A stretch of 64,000 nucleotides of DNA, from positions 620,001 to 684,000 of the forward strand of contig NW_026781975.1 in assembly GCF_031769215.1 (NCBI RefSeq), read 5' to 3'. The translations under genes and the position numbers were made by a program. A model generated the notes under the pieces. The model saw only the letters and a list, made by a program, of their open reading frames with translations, was not told where the DNA came from and searched no databases. This DNA comes from Ylistrum balloti. Its lineage: Eukaryota. Below are positions 1 to 18,938 of the stretch, one piece after another (the first letter of the stretch is position 1; each line of letters starts with the position of its first letter).

Positions 1-2884
1 ATATACCACGTCCTTTTACTGTACAGAACCGGTATGCTTGTTTCTGAGTATATCAATTCAATGTATCAATATTTACCATCGGGATATTTGAGAAATCATA
101 TATATATATTCATATAATTGTGAAACCAACGTTATATAAAGGTGATCATAAACAGGTGTAATTAAATCTATTCCACGTTTGTTATCATATGTAGTTATCT
201 GTGTTTCAGCAGGTACAGATAGGTCAGATTCCATCGTACGCGTACACAGCGTCTTCACTAGACTACTTTTATTTCATCCTTTAAGTTATACAATGATGTA
301 CGTAAACGTATGTTGTACACTTAACCTGAAACCCTGAAATACATAATAAAGGCCGTGCTAATTTTGGCAAGTCATTCAATATCGCTCACCTCGATCCTAA
401 CTGATTAATAACATCAAACCCTAATATCTTTTTTCCTCAACATTTTGAATCTAGAAATTGATTTTATATACTCTGTTGTTTGTTCCCAATATTACGAAAT
501 ACATTGTATTCTGTTTCATTGTGTCAGTATGGAAATGATTCAAATATTGGTTCAATGCACCTTCCTATTTATAGTTTAGCATTGATGTGTGCCGATTTTG
601 TTTGTTTTTTTTTCATCCGAAATCGCCTACTAGACTCCACTTTTTTCACCTTTAGGCTACGGCAGTCGGATTCACTTATGTGATGAGATTCTTATGCACA
701 ATTGTAATACATATTTTATCTGGTGCTTTTGTAAAATATATTGATAACAAGAAGATAAATTTAATTTTCATTGAACCCAAGCAATAATCATCTTTACTTC
801 CGACCCCATATCCCATTACCGGAATGTTCAGTGTTTCGCTAAATGTAAAAAGACGGTATGGTTCAGTACTGAACCCTTCGTTGGATGCGTATTACTGGAA
901 CAGATTTTTAATTTTTCAAATTCTCAAGGCAACCTGCCCCTTTATCAAAACACAAACATTACATAAATTACATCACATACATCGAACATAAAACAAATAC
1001 AAAGTTACAAATCTAAATCGAGAGCGGTGGTGTAATTTTAGATGTCCCGATAATCCCTTCGGCCGATAGACGGGACATATCTATATATATCTATAAGGGA
1101 CAAAAATCCACTCTAAGTTGTTGTATGGAAGATGGTGACTAAAATATCAAAAATGTTTTATATCAATCTCAGTATGTCTTGCACTGTAGACACTGAGCAT
1201 ACATGTGATTGCAACGAAAATAATTGCATGTCACACTCGGAGGAAAGTTGTCTACCGGTACATCTCGGCCACACTCTAAATGAAGAATTGCTTGATTTAG
1301 AATAAGAAAATTTATTGTGAAAAAATAACAAATGTATGTGTAGATACAATAAAATTTAATTTGACAAAAGTCACCAGTTAAATGCACAAAACAAATGTAT
1401 ATATATGTGATATTATTTTGAATATGGTCAAATAGTCTCCAGGTTCGACAACTCGCCCACCGAAAATTTTAAGAATTAAACTCTTAGACTTTCTACTTTG
1501 ATACTATCATTATTATTGTTATTTTTATTATTATTTCAATCTTAACGGCCCGTCAACACCTAAAAGGTAATTAAGGCCATCACCCGGTAAAACACACAGC
1601 AATCCAAAAGGAAATAACATCAAACAAACTAAAGGTAAAAGACAATGCTAAAAATTGCAAGTCATAGTCTATAACACAGACCAACACCTTTCAGATAACC
1701 TAGAACTATATTGCGATCTTAACAGTTTCAAAAACGGTCTTAAGACTACTAACGTTACGATAAAGAAATTCTCGAGTAGACAGAAGGCCAATGCTTTTAC
1801 CTGTAAATACTATCTGTTGATTAAGTGTTAACACTTATGGGTTCAAGTTTATTAATTAAACATTTATATAAGTTTTTTTATGGATACAAAGGAACTTTTC
1901 TTCCTCTCCATCCATCCATGAAACTCATTTATTCATCTCTCGCCATACAACTTGCTACTTAAATCAAATCTGAAATGAGGCATCAAACGTAATGATTTTA
2001 ATATCACCACTTTTCAATATAAGGCATACATGTTTGGATTCTGTAGCCAAAAATTTGCAAACAGAAGTGGCCTATTATCCATGGCTGATTTTTATTCACT
2101 TGACAGACGACAATAAAACGCCGACATCCGAGGATTGATTAATAGGTTATTTCATCATATTTGAGAGGTTGTTTCACACTTAAAACTTTGTATAAAGAAA
2201 AAAATACACAAATTTACCAATGAATATATACTCATAATATTTTTAGTGAATTGTTTAACTAACAATATTTTCTTTTTTCTGGAATCTTGGCATGTAACAG
2301 CTACCAAAATTATCAGAACGCGATGCAACGCAGGTCAATAGTTCATGTGATATCGCTTGACAAAATGGTCGTTCCGAAATACACAACGGCCCGGAACCGA
2401 TATCCAGACGATATTGACCGCAGGTAAATTTAACAATTCTAATTAAGTGGCACCTGTCCCTCCTGCATTTGATATTTAACATACATGGACAAAATGCTAT
2501 GGGAAAAAAACTTTGCGACACTACGCCAGAAATACTGGTAAAGATATATATATTACTTGACCGGTCAAATTTCCTCATGGCTAACAAAGAGACGATCTTG
2601 TATTGTTGACTAAAATAAACTTGCCTCTGTCACAAGGACATTATAGTTAGCTTGTTACAGGTTTTCCGTCTCCGCGACTCCTCCCGTTTGCCAAGTATCG
2701 TCTCACTGACGAATGTCAGTGTTCTGGAGATGTGCATACACAAGGGCAATAATTTGTTACAGGCTAGGTGAATATGGACCTATTCTGGTCTGTATCATGA
2801 GAATTAGTCACAGCTGAGTTAAATATGGACCTGATGTGCCACAGGCACCTGATAATTACTAACAGTACATGTGAATATAGACTC

Positions 2885-3085
2885 ATCATGATTGTTTAAC
2901 AGGTTAGTAGACGTTTTTGTGGTGTACAAGATAGATGTGAAAATAATTCATGATTGTTTAACAGGTTAGTGGAGGATTTTGGTTTCTTTGGTGTACAAGG
3001 CTGATGTTGTGAAAATAATTCATGATTGTTTAACAGGTTAGTAGACGTTTTTGGTTTCTTTGATGTACAAGGCTGATGTTGTGAA
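2885..3085. repeat. Short degenerate tandem repeat (about 3 copies of tcatgattgtttaacaggttagt...gtgaaaata)
   Basis: Three recurrences of catgattgtttaacaggttag, near 2888, 2950 and 3022. Confidence 0.8.
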
Positions 3086-3524
3086 AATAGAACGAATAGG
3101 GATTTGACTTGGACTAAAAGATTTCTTCGCAAATTTTACTTTCGTACATTTGCTAATCATCGACAAGTATATCGCCTGCTTTTATGCAAGATTGTTAATG
3201 TTCTTTACCAGGGATATGTCATTGATTTCCCCTTAATTCCGTGTAGATATATTGTTCAGTGTTTTAAATATCGTTACTACAAGACTGTGTCAATGAGACA
3301 GATGTTTCGTACACAAAAACATTTTATCTTAGACTTACACAGTTAGCTCCCTTCGTTCAGTAAAAGTGTTTTCGATAACCACTGTCAGTCTGTGACTGAA
3401 TTTGAGAGTACTTTTAATGGCCAGTTCAACTGTCAAAGATGAGTTATGGTTCTTTGTCAATCAAAATCTTTTGTGTGCAATTATGTTCAAGTTGTTAAGA
3501 GAGGAAGTGTCATTGTGTATAATT

Positions 3525-4627
3525 AACCAGGAGACATGTAACCAGGAGAGAATTTACCAGGAGATATGTAACCAGGAGATAGGTAACCAGGAGATATGTA
3601 ACCAGGAGAGAATTAACCAGGAGATAGGTAACCAGGAGAGAATTAACCAGGAGATAGGTAACCAGGAGATATGTAACCAGGAGATAGGTAACCAGGAGAT
3701 AGGTAACCAGGAGATAATTAACCAGGAGATATGTAACCAGGAGAGAATTAACCAGGAGATAGGTAACCAGGAGATATGTAACCAGGAGATATGTAACCAG
3801 GAGAGAATTAACCAGGAGATATGTAACCAGGAGATATGTAACCAGGAGAGAATTTACCAGGAGATATGTAACCAGGAGATAGGTAACCAGGAGATAGGTA
3901 ACCAGGAGATATGTAACCAGGAGAGAATTTACCAGGAGATATGTAACCAGGAGATAGGTAACCAGGAGATATGTAACCAGGAGATATGTAACCAGGAGAG
4001 AATTAACCAGGAGATATGTAACCAGGAGAGAATTAACCAGGAGATATGTAACCAGGAGATATGTAACCAGGAGAGAATTAACCAGGAGATATGTAACCAG
4101 GAGATATGTAACCAGGAGAGAATTAACCAGGAGATAGGTAGCCAGGAGATAGGTAACCAGGATATAGGTAACCAGGAGATATGTAACCAGGAGATATGTA
4201 ACCAGGAGATAGGTAACCAGGAGAGAATTAACCAGGAGATAGGTAACCAGGAGAGAATTAACCAGGAGATAGGTAACCAGGAGAGAATTAACCAGGAGAT
4301 ATGTAACAAGGAGAGAATTAACCAGGAGATATGTAACCAGGAGAGAATTAACCAGGAGATAGGTAACCACGAGAGAATTAACCAGGAGATAGGTAACCAG
4401 GAGAGAATTAACCAGGAGACATGTAACCAGGAGAGAATTAACCAGGAGGTATGTAACCAGGAGATATGTAACCAGGAGAGAATTAACCAGGAGATAGGTA
4501 ACCAGGAGTTAATTAACCAGGAGATAGGTAACCAGGAGAGAATTAACCAGGAGATAGGTAACCAGGTGAGGATTAACCAGGAGATAGGTAACCAGGAGAG
4601 AATTAACCAGGAGATATGTAATCAGGA
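3525..4627 (+). repeat. 15-bp minisatellite, about 73 units (aaccaggag + atatgt/ataggt/agaatt variants)
   Basis: Tandem units are directly visible. They generate the 434-aa NQEIC/NQEIG/NQERI ORF and the antisense ORFs. Confidence 0.97.
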
Positions 4628-6607
4628 TGCTCGACAACTGAGTACATGTAATTGCAACATCATCGTGATTTTATTCGGCAGCGTTAATCGCGGAAATGAA
4701 GAATAGTACAAATGCTGAATCTGGTCACCATATTTGTTACGAAGCACATACCATAACGTAGAGGAATGGTTTTTCATGACGGTACAAGTGATCATTGGAG
4801 ATAATCCTGTATATATGGTTACCGATTTTAGTTGCTATTCTTTAAGGTAAGATTGTGACGTGATGCTGTGTTTGATAACGTTACATGTGAGGTTAAGTAC
4901 ATTTGTTGTATCCTGGTTTAATTCAGGAATACTGAACGAATATTAATACACAAAAGAAATCAAAATTACCCGTACGGAATCATATGATTGGGTTTTCATT
5001 TTTGTCTTTTTTTTTAAAATTTGTATGTCTTCCAAAATCACGAATGTATATAAAAGCAAATATTCTTGTGCTGGTTTGTATGAAAACCATGTAAAACAAT
5101 TTGTAACAATTCGGGATTTTAGGATATTTATATTTTTTATAGTAAACAAACGCCGGAGTAAATAGTAGTGTTACTATGATATCTTCATAGGATCAGGTGT
5201 TCGCCATGATGAGAGCCGTGTGGAGGATGGTGGAATCCAATGAAAGCAGCAACAGCATTGCATAAACACCAAGGGTAGACACTGTTGCGGTGTTGCAAAC
5301 TTTCGAGTGTCTAAAATCCTAGGTTGACGCTACCTAGTGTTCAAGCCTCCGTCGTAAAGTTGTTTATGAAATCAACGATCCAAATTTAGTGAGAACAAAT
5401 CTAATAGATCTCCCCTATTGTTTAATTAGCTTAAAGGTTTAATCAAACACTAAAAGCCATTTATGGTTACGTTCACCAGTAAAAATAGCATAATCCAAGT
5501 TTACAGAGCAATAGTGATCGTAACCCGTGGAATATCGAGGACGTTTTTTTGGTTCTAGGTTTAAGTATTAAACCAATAAAAATCGTAAGTTCGAAAACAG
5601 CAATATTTACAGTAATAGGAATTATTCTGACGGTATAGAGACTTTCTATATCGAGCTGAAGTCGAGAAATCGTCCGATGTTCATCAACTGTAGACAGATA
5701 TAGTGTAGTGAATAGAGCGTCAGAATAATTCAACCTATATTTAAAGTAAATAGGTAAGACGATAAATAACTGGATAAGCTGATTGTGATAAATAATAATT
5801 TTATCCTTAACATTGTATCTCCCTAAAGCCCTGTCTTCACCTGACCAACTCCTAATTGTTCTTGATATTGGATTATACTACATACAAGTGTAACGAACTC
5901 ACTGTAACAAACGATTCTACAGTTCATTTTTCATTACTTTTTTCCCTGCCTCATTTCTCCATGTTATATATTTGTCCTCCTTTCATGCGTCTAAGCTCTG
6001 ATCCATGACTGATTTAAACTCTTATCATTGACGAGTCCTAGAAGGACGAAACAGCAGTTTAATCCATTTTTTAGTTGTACTCAAAATTATCAAAATCTGC
6101 TATTCACATGTATGTATTTTGTACAATGTTAATAGTGAATGGTAATATTTCAATGTTAATCACCAAGGAATTAACCTGAATGGTACATCTGTTGTTGATC
6201 AATGTTTACATTGAAATATGATAGTATTATTTACATATGTATCAACTTTAATCACTTTAGTATAGAGAAGATGTCAAGAGAAGATATATAAAGTTTGTAC
6301 GTGAGTAAAACCTTTATGTAGAGCGTCACTGTTGTTAGAAGGCAACAGTGCCTAGAAAACAATGAATATATTAACATATAACACAAAATGCAGCGCATTT
6401 GTTTGTAATATTTTATTGCAATAAAGAAATTAAAACAATTTAATAGAAAAGAAACAAATATTACCCAATGGAGAATTAGCGCTCTGAAATCCTTAATGTT
6501 CACGGGTCTATGGCACACACGCTGTCATGTTCACAATCACAATAACATCACAAAATATACAATACTTCTTCACATCTCAGAGTAAATGGCAAATTTTCTG
6601 TATCATT

Positions 6608-11541
<4,934 letters not shown>

Positions 11542-13068
11542 ATCTGAAAAAGACGTTTTAAATAAAAATTAGAAAAGGGAATGCAACCTCAAAATTAAAT
11601 ATTTTGTTCTGGACGGGTAAGTCATTTCTGCTTTTCCGACATCAAGGCTCTAATATTTCCCTTCTTCTCCATATCTATCTTTCTCAATTTAAAACAAAAA
11701 GAAAAGCTACCTGATATTTTGATAATGTAACTCAACTGTAATTTTAACATTGCATCGAAGATTTTGTTAAATTTATACAATTTACACAAGGTAATTCTAA
11801 GACAATGGGTAGAAAATTACCAAAAACTGATGTGTTTTGTAAAGACTCACCTGCAACCATGCTGATCTTTCTTTGTGATACGTTGAATTGTCCAAGATTT
11901 CCAATGTGTATTAAGTACATGCATCTGACGATTTGAATTCGTTCAGCATTTCTATCTGTATTTATAGTTTTTTGACAGACGTAGACAAACAAGTCTCACG
12001 GATGTTTTCATCGTTGACGTAGGTAAACAAGTATTGCGGCACTATTCTGAACAATCCACAAGAATATTAGTCAAAATCATTATTATGATACGAACAACAC
12101 CAGGATATTATCTAATCGTGTGTGTGGACGTCACTTTTATTCAAATGTATCAACAAACTAGTGTTCTTATGTAAAAAGAATTACACAAATCCTTGGTCAA
12201 TTGGTGTATATCTATATCGGATATAATCTTTCCCTTGGAGCGTAAAGTGGTCGTCGCTATATACACATGTGGTTAGACCTTTAAAATACGGACAATGGTC
12301 AATCTGGTCACTTCGACCTTGGGAACAATGTGACGTACATAGCGTAACATTTCGATCTTTTCTACGTCACAACATTTTTCAAATCGTATCTTGAAGAAAA
12401 AACAAATAAGAAGGCATTTTTAAGACATAAAATGCATTGTATAAAATCTGACAAATGACAAAATCTTTGATGAATATCAAAACATGTAAAAAGTACTTCG
12501 TGTGCTAATGTTTGGAGACAACAGTATAAAATTGAGATAGTTTCTATAAGAATTCTCTATTATATATAAATGTATTGTACCAACTTCAATTGTCAACATG
12601 TAAATATGACGATCATTGCATTTTATTCATTTCTCAAAGTGCTTTATCAGTCACTTTTCGACCAATAAACAAATACCCTATTTGGTCATAAACATATTTG
12701 TCCAGTTGAACATATTTTTCTTCGTTGGTCAAGAATTATGTACATCGGATGTGGGTGGTGTTTGTGTCGCAAATGTGTTAAGTAGAGCGTGTAAGCCTGT
12801 GTATTGGTCTGTCCATATAAGTACTAACGTATGGAATAGGTATAGAATAAATGGGAATGTAATATGACCAATAAAAAACATATTTAGCTATTTAGGTTCA
12901 TTAAATCATTACAATGATTCTGTGTTCTTTTTTCATTTCAAAATTTTTAAAGACATCTAATTAAAATTTCGAGACCTTCAGCAGTACTAAGTACATATCA
13001 TGGATATCATTAATGCATTATTTTTTAAAGTCTGGCGTAGCAAGAATATCGAGAGTTCCGATATACTT

Positions 13069-13629
13069 AAACCGAATCAGGAAACGTTGACACTTTCCAT
13101 AAATGAACATTATCTTGCTTCTAGCTCCAAACCAGGAGAAAATAAAATAAGATTACTTCATATTCTGATTCGTTCTGTTTTCTAAAATGTTTTAGGACCA
13201 TTCAATTCAAACCATAATGCGTATGTAATTTTAACATCCTGCACAAGAATGACATGTAAATGTTAACACAACCATTTTTCACAAATAGAAAACAATGTAG
13301 TTAAAAAACTTAATTTAACTTCATGGAATATGAGCACAAGCGGAAGCCCGTAAGATAATATGTCTGTTGACAATGAAAAGATATGAAATATCTTATAAAT
13401 GTTTAAATGTAAGGTTAGCCGCGGATATTGTTTTATTTGACAGGTCAGACCAGCCACCAAAACTGAGCCCACAATATGAAAAAACAGCCAGATTGACAGA
13501 AAAAAAAATTAAAAGTAGATTATACACATGTAAAATTCAGAAGGACGAATAATTTGACTCTACTGTCTTTAATGTTAAGGTGCTATTGAATCGTATGTTT
13601 TTGAACATCTAAACGAAAAAATTACTGAT
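13069..13629. repeat. About 560-bp dispersed direct repeat, copy 1
   Basis: Highly similar to 15792-16353, from aaaccgaatcaggaaacg to aaaattactgat. Confidence 0.95.
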
Positions 13630-13984
13630 GTACAAAATATAAAATGAAGACAATCATTCAATGTTAAGACAGATGCTGCTGCAGCTGCTGCGGATGATGA
13701 TGGTGATGATGATGATGATGATGACATAGCTTCAATCTCGTCTTTCAAAAGTACACATTCAACTGCGTCAGTACATTTGGTCTTGTGGTCAAATCTATTT
13801 TTAGATATGGACCGCCACACTCTAGATGATATACTTACTTAGTGTATACTAGCATTAGTTATACCCCGTGATATACAAATAAAACCAGGACACCTGACTG
13901 TATAAAGTTATGATAATGTAAACAATTACAGGTGATCATTAAGTGACATGTGAGATAATCAGTATGAGATGAGTGTTGTGGTTC

Positions 13985-14059
13985 CATCTTCGCTAGCCAA
14001 GGCCACTTAGTTTCACGGCATTCGGCCGTGAAACTAAGTGGCCTTGACTAGCGAAGATG
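13985..14059. mobile_element. 75-bp palindromic mini-MITE/hairpin
   Basis: The 35-bp arms (13985-14019 and 14025-14059) have one mismatch around an attcg loop. Flanks tgtggttc / tgtggtat resemble a decayed 8-bp target-site duplication. Confidence 0.7.
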
Positions 14060-15179
14060 TGTGGTATCATTCAAACAATTATTTTGAGGAAAGTATCAAA
14101 TTGTACATGTAGAAAATACAATGCAAAGTATTGAAGTTGCTGCAACAGTAACATTGTGAACATTTATAAAGAAGGTAGGTTACAAAATTAACTTGTTTTT
14201 TATATCATAAATACTACAAGAGCATAAAGATGTAAATAGATAAAAATGATAATGTAACACGTCTTTTTTCATCAGGACACGGTGTTATCATTTCTTACAA
14301 ATTTATATTAAAGTAAAAGTTTAAAGAGAAAAATACCCCGTTTCATACATTTCATCACCAAATATGAAGAAAAGAAATATACACAGAGAGACGGAGACCC
14401 ATGAGAAAGGCTGCTTCATCGACGAAAACCCGTCATGAAAAGCTTTGGTAATCCATGTAAATAACTGTTCAGTGATTAGAATAATCTACCAGTGAGACTA
14501 GCATCATACCGATCAATTTCATATATCATAAACTTATATATGGTTATATGTTTATGGAGTTCCACGTGAGATCGTTGCGACAACCATAGAACTTCTCTAT
14601 AATCCTCTAGTTTTACATGTTGCTGTTGTTTCAGGTTGAAAAGTCTAATTTAGAATTTCTTCTTTCTATCATAGTTTTTGCCGTTTGATTTCAGGGTGTT
14701 TGAAACTCATGTTTGACCGGAGGCATGGCACGACTCAACGTAACGTATGTTTCTACGTGTTACCATAGACTTTTGTGCATTGGTTTGTCACCAATAGTTG
14801 TAACTATATCCAAAAGTGAAGCACTTAGATACGACGTGTGGATCACATTTTGCGAAGACGTGGTTAAATTTTATCGTCAACAATTTGGGCTACTTCTCTT
14901 GCGTATACCTCAGAATTCTTTAAAAAAAACAACAACAAAAATCCACAAGAAACACAATCTTGTGCATGAAATACCACCTCAGATCACACTAGAAATATAT
15001 AAATGATGACTTGGTGGATCATTTTTCTTGAATTGTAGGACCAATATATACTAAATAAACTGAATATTGGTATAATTTACTATAAGTAAGTAAACAAAAC
15101 AGAATCAACAGGGTGTCATCTTACATCTATTTAACACCACCTCAGTTGATATGGTTATTGTACCAGCACCGTCTTGAAT

Positions 15180-15790
15180 AGAAATCAGTTTTAACAGACG
15201 TTCTCGAAACAAAGGTCAGCTCAGCAATACCGTGTATGTCCACCATTGGAATCGATGAATGCGTGACAACGAAGCCTTATTGATGCCTACATTGTGCTGA
15301 AAGACGCCTGGGGAATACAATTCCATATTCTCACAAGCGCACGTGACATGTCAGGTAACGTCAACGGCTGATTTTGGAGGCGACGTGATGCGACGCTGCA
15401 TCTCATCCATCACGTGTTCTATTGGCGACACATCCGATGACATTGCAGGCCAAGGAAGCACATTCACATTGTTCAGGATCATGAAGTCGATGACGACCCG
15501 CGCGATGTGTGGGCGAGCGTTATCCTGTTGCAGCGCGGTGTTACGTTGCTGCACTAATGGAAGGACGTGAGGCCGGATGATTTTCTCATGAAATCTGATG
15601 CCTGTAAATGTGCCTTCCACAGCCAGAATACCTGTTCTGCCACGGAATGAGATGCAATCCCATACCATGACACTACCTCGAATGGACGTTGTTGAATTAC
15701 ACAACTGGCATGGAAACGTTCACCAACATAAAGGTACACTCTAGAACAACCGTCGTTGCTGTCGAGTTAAAACCTGTACTGATCCGTGAT
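15180..15790 (-). mobile_element. Tc1-family transposase relic
   Basis: Translation includes VMVWDCISFRG, LQQDNARPH and LPWPAMSSDVSPIEHVMDEMQRR. The first-Asp region is degenerate (ITDQYRF*LDSNDG) near 15760-15790. Confidence 0.9.
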
Positions 15791-15791
15791 A

Positions 15792-16353
15792 AAACCGAAT
15801 CAGGAAACGTTGACACTTTCCATAAATGAACATTATCTTGCTTCTAGCTCCAAACCAGGAGAGAATAAAATAAGATTACTTCATATTCTGATTCGTTCTG
15901 TACACACTAAAATGTTTTAGGACCATTCAATTCAAACCATAATGCGTATGTAATTTTAACATCCTGCACAAGAATGACATGTAAATGTTAACAAAAATCA
16001 TTTTCCACAAAAAGCAAACAATGTAGTTAAAAGGCTTAATACAACTTCATCGAATATGAGCACAAGCGGAAGCCCGTAAGATAATATGTCTATTGACAAT
16101 GAAAAGATATGAAATATCTTATAAATGTTTAAATGTAAGGTAGCCGCGGATATTGTTTTATTTGACAGGTCAGACCAGCCACCAAAACTGAGCCCACAAT
16201 ATGAAAAAACAGCCAGGTTGACAGAAAAAATTTTAAAAGTAGATTATACACATGTAAAATTCAGAAGGACGAATAATTTGACTCTACTGTCTTTAATGTT
16301 AAGGTGCTATTGAATCGTATGTTTTTGAACATCTAAACGAAAAAATTACTGAT
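15792..16353. repeat. About 560-bp dispersed direct repeat, copy 2
   Basis: Highly similar to 13069-13629; bordered on both sides by Tc1 transposase-like sequence. Confidence 0.95.
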
Positions 16354-18938
16354 ATCGAGCGTTATCCTGTTGCAGCACGGTGTTGCAATTTTGCAAAAAA
16401 TTCTATTTTAAAATCAATGGAGAATTTATGCTTTAAAATGAAATTGAAAAACAAAATGTATTTCGAGTTTTCGTTTTTTGTTTGTTTTTTTGTTTTTTGG
16501 TCCATTATCTAAGTATCATTCCATTGCATGCATCTTTAATGACAAAAATGAAAACGGAACTTGGATGGAAACAAAAATACGAACAAATGTAAAAGAAACA
16601 AAAATGCATTTTGACGTCTGTAGCGTCAACAGAAGAGCAGCGACAAATTGTTTTTGTTGATTATTATTTGTTTTACTTTTTGTCATCTAATCTTTCAAAC
16701 TAATTTTCGTAGTAGTTTATGTTTGAAGTACATTTATAATAGATAAATAATACAATATTATTAGCATCCTAATTACACTCCGTCGGATACATGACACAGA
16801 ATTACATCTTGTATAAACACGGAGATCAAGTCTTGTTGTTAATGACTAAGGCATCTTAGAGAGTTTTCAATTTTAATGAAAGAAAACTGGGAAGTGGCAA
16901 CTTAAGATTTTAATTTTTTTTTTAATTTAATCATAAATGTATCTAATCATCCAGTAAAAATATTATAACTAAAAAATACAATAATTGTAATCGCAATATC
17001 CGTCTTTTTTTTCATTTATGATTACCAGTTTTTTTTTTAATTTCCTCTTGAATGATATACATGTAATTCAATACTTTCATCAAATTTTATATTCGATATT
17101 CCAGAGCTTGTTCCTTATATCACGATTATCGTACAAAATACCAACAACCTACAGATAAATTCACAACAATGAACTTTGAAAAGAATAGGTCGAGAAAATA
17201 TTTGAGATAGTTCTATCGTCGTTTGGAAGTACTTCATTTCATTGTAAGACATGGAATTGGTGGTGTGTGATGCTCGTCCCTGTGTTTGGTGATCCTGTTG
17301 CTGTTTATCTGTACTCTGGACATATTTTCAATTGGTCATTTTAATGGTATTACTCGAGTGGATTAAAATGTAAAATGACATCCTATATTATTTCGAGTTT
17401 CCGTTTTCATTTTCTTTACTGAAGTACAATAAAAGGCAGTGACGTCATTTTTGCGTACCGTGAAAAGGGTCCTGTTAATGAACTAGACAGGCTTCAGAAA
17501 ATGTTCGTGGCTACATTTTTCAGTCGACAATAAACTCTGAACATCTACCTTAGTTTTATACGGGATGGTCGTTAAAAAATATCTGTCACATTTGATTATA
17601 GCGAAATGATCGTGTACAATATATCTAAACCGTATGTTATCACTGATTCAGTTGTACTCTTTATCCTCAAGAAAATTATTAAAACTGTAAACAACGTTCG
17701 CACTGTCAAAGGTATACGTGATAATGTCCTCCATGTCAAATGACTAGAGGATTGACCATTGTTAAAGCTCTAGTCACGTGTGTATATTTATAGGACCGGA
17801 GATATTTAAACTCGGTACAGTATATAACGACGTCCAATAACAATTCATTACACCTGCTAATCATCATGCCTATGGTCTTTCCTTCTATTTTTGCGACAGA
17901 CGCTGCGTTAATCTATACAATTGAAAATCAAACGATGTTTTTAAGTGAGAAAGTGCATGTAAGGGTGTTACGAAATTCAAACAAACAAATCTAGAATAAA
18001 GAGAAGAAATGTGTTTTGTTCTATGAGATAATATTTTAATATCACACTGACTGATTTCACTTAAAATGTTGGCAACTTTATTTCTTACACATATTTGTGA
18101 TTCACATTTATCGTAATATCAGGAATTCACATATGAGAAACGGGCGGGCTTTATTTTCATTACGTATTTTTCTCTTATAGATTTACATGTACGTGTAGTC
18201 ATAAAAATGCTTGTTTTGTGTGTTTCATACCGAAAGTATGCCTGCAACGTATTGTTTAAAATTTCTGAACCAGTATCAAGTTTACGAGAAAGCTTAATAA
18301 CAACACCTGTTAAAGTATGCGGTACAATTTATAATTATTCGTTTTTTAATTGATTTTAAAATGCTGCATTTTTTAAAATTTAGTCGTTTCAAACCCCGTT
18401 GATATTTTTCTGTCATGGCTTTGGATGAAACGTCCATAATGTTTTGAATCTTTGGCTTAAAAACAATCGGTACATCGTAACTAACCCCAAATAGAGGTTG
18501 ACAAGTTTTCTGCTGATACAGTCCGGGAGGCCTTAAATTATCTAATGGGCATCTTTAGCTTCTTGTCTCAGTGCTAGGTCATCAAAGGCAATTTAGATAC
18601 GTGTTATCAGCAAATCTGTATAGTATAGGCCTACCGTTTACAAAATGCATTTTATTGAAAATCTCACTAAGCAAAATATCTACATCCCCATTATACTGCC
18701 GTATACAATAAAACATACAACATCAGCTCAGAAGAGACATTTGCCGATGTTAGAATGAAAAAAGGACAATTGTCAGTTACTATGAAATAATGTGTCTGCG
18801 TTCAATCGGTGATCAGATATATATATATATATCAAATAGTTCATTCGGAAAGCTCGAAGATTGCCGGAAACTTACGATTATATGTAAATGTGTGAGAGTT
18901 ATGTCCCTTTACTAATTTTCACTTCCTTTGTCGGCAAC

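Noticed and set aside
12000-12070. Candidate first exon of the cellulase (ATGAAAACATCC|GTGAGA)
   Set aside because: The ATG at 11541 is 2 nt after an acceptor, so an upstream exon is implied. This candidate ATG would be out of frame (MKTSICC*), so it is not supportable as coding and is unverified as a UTR exon.
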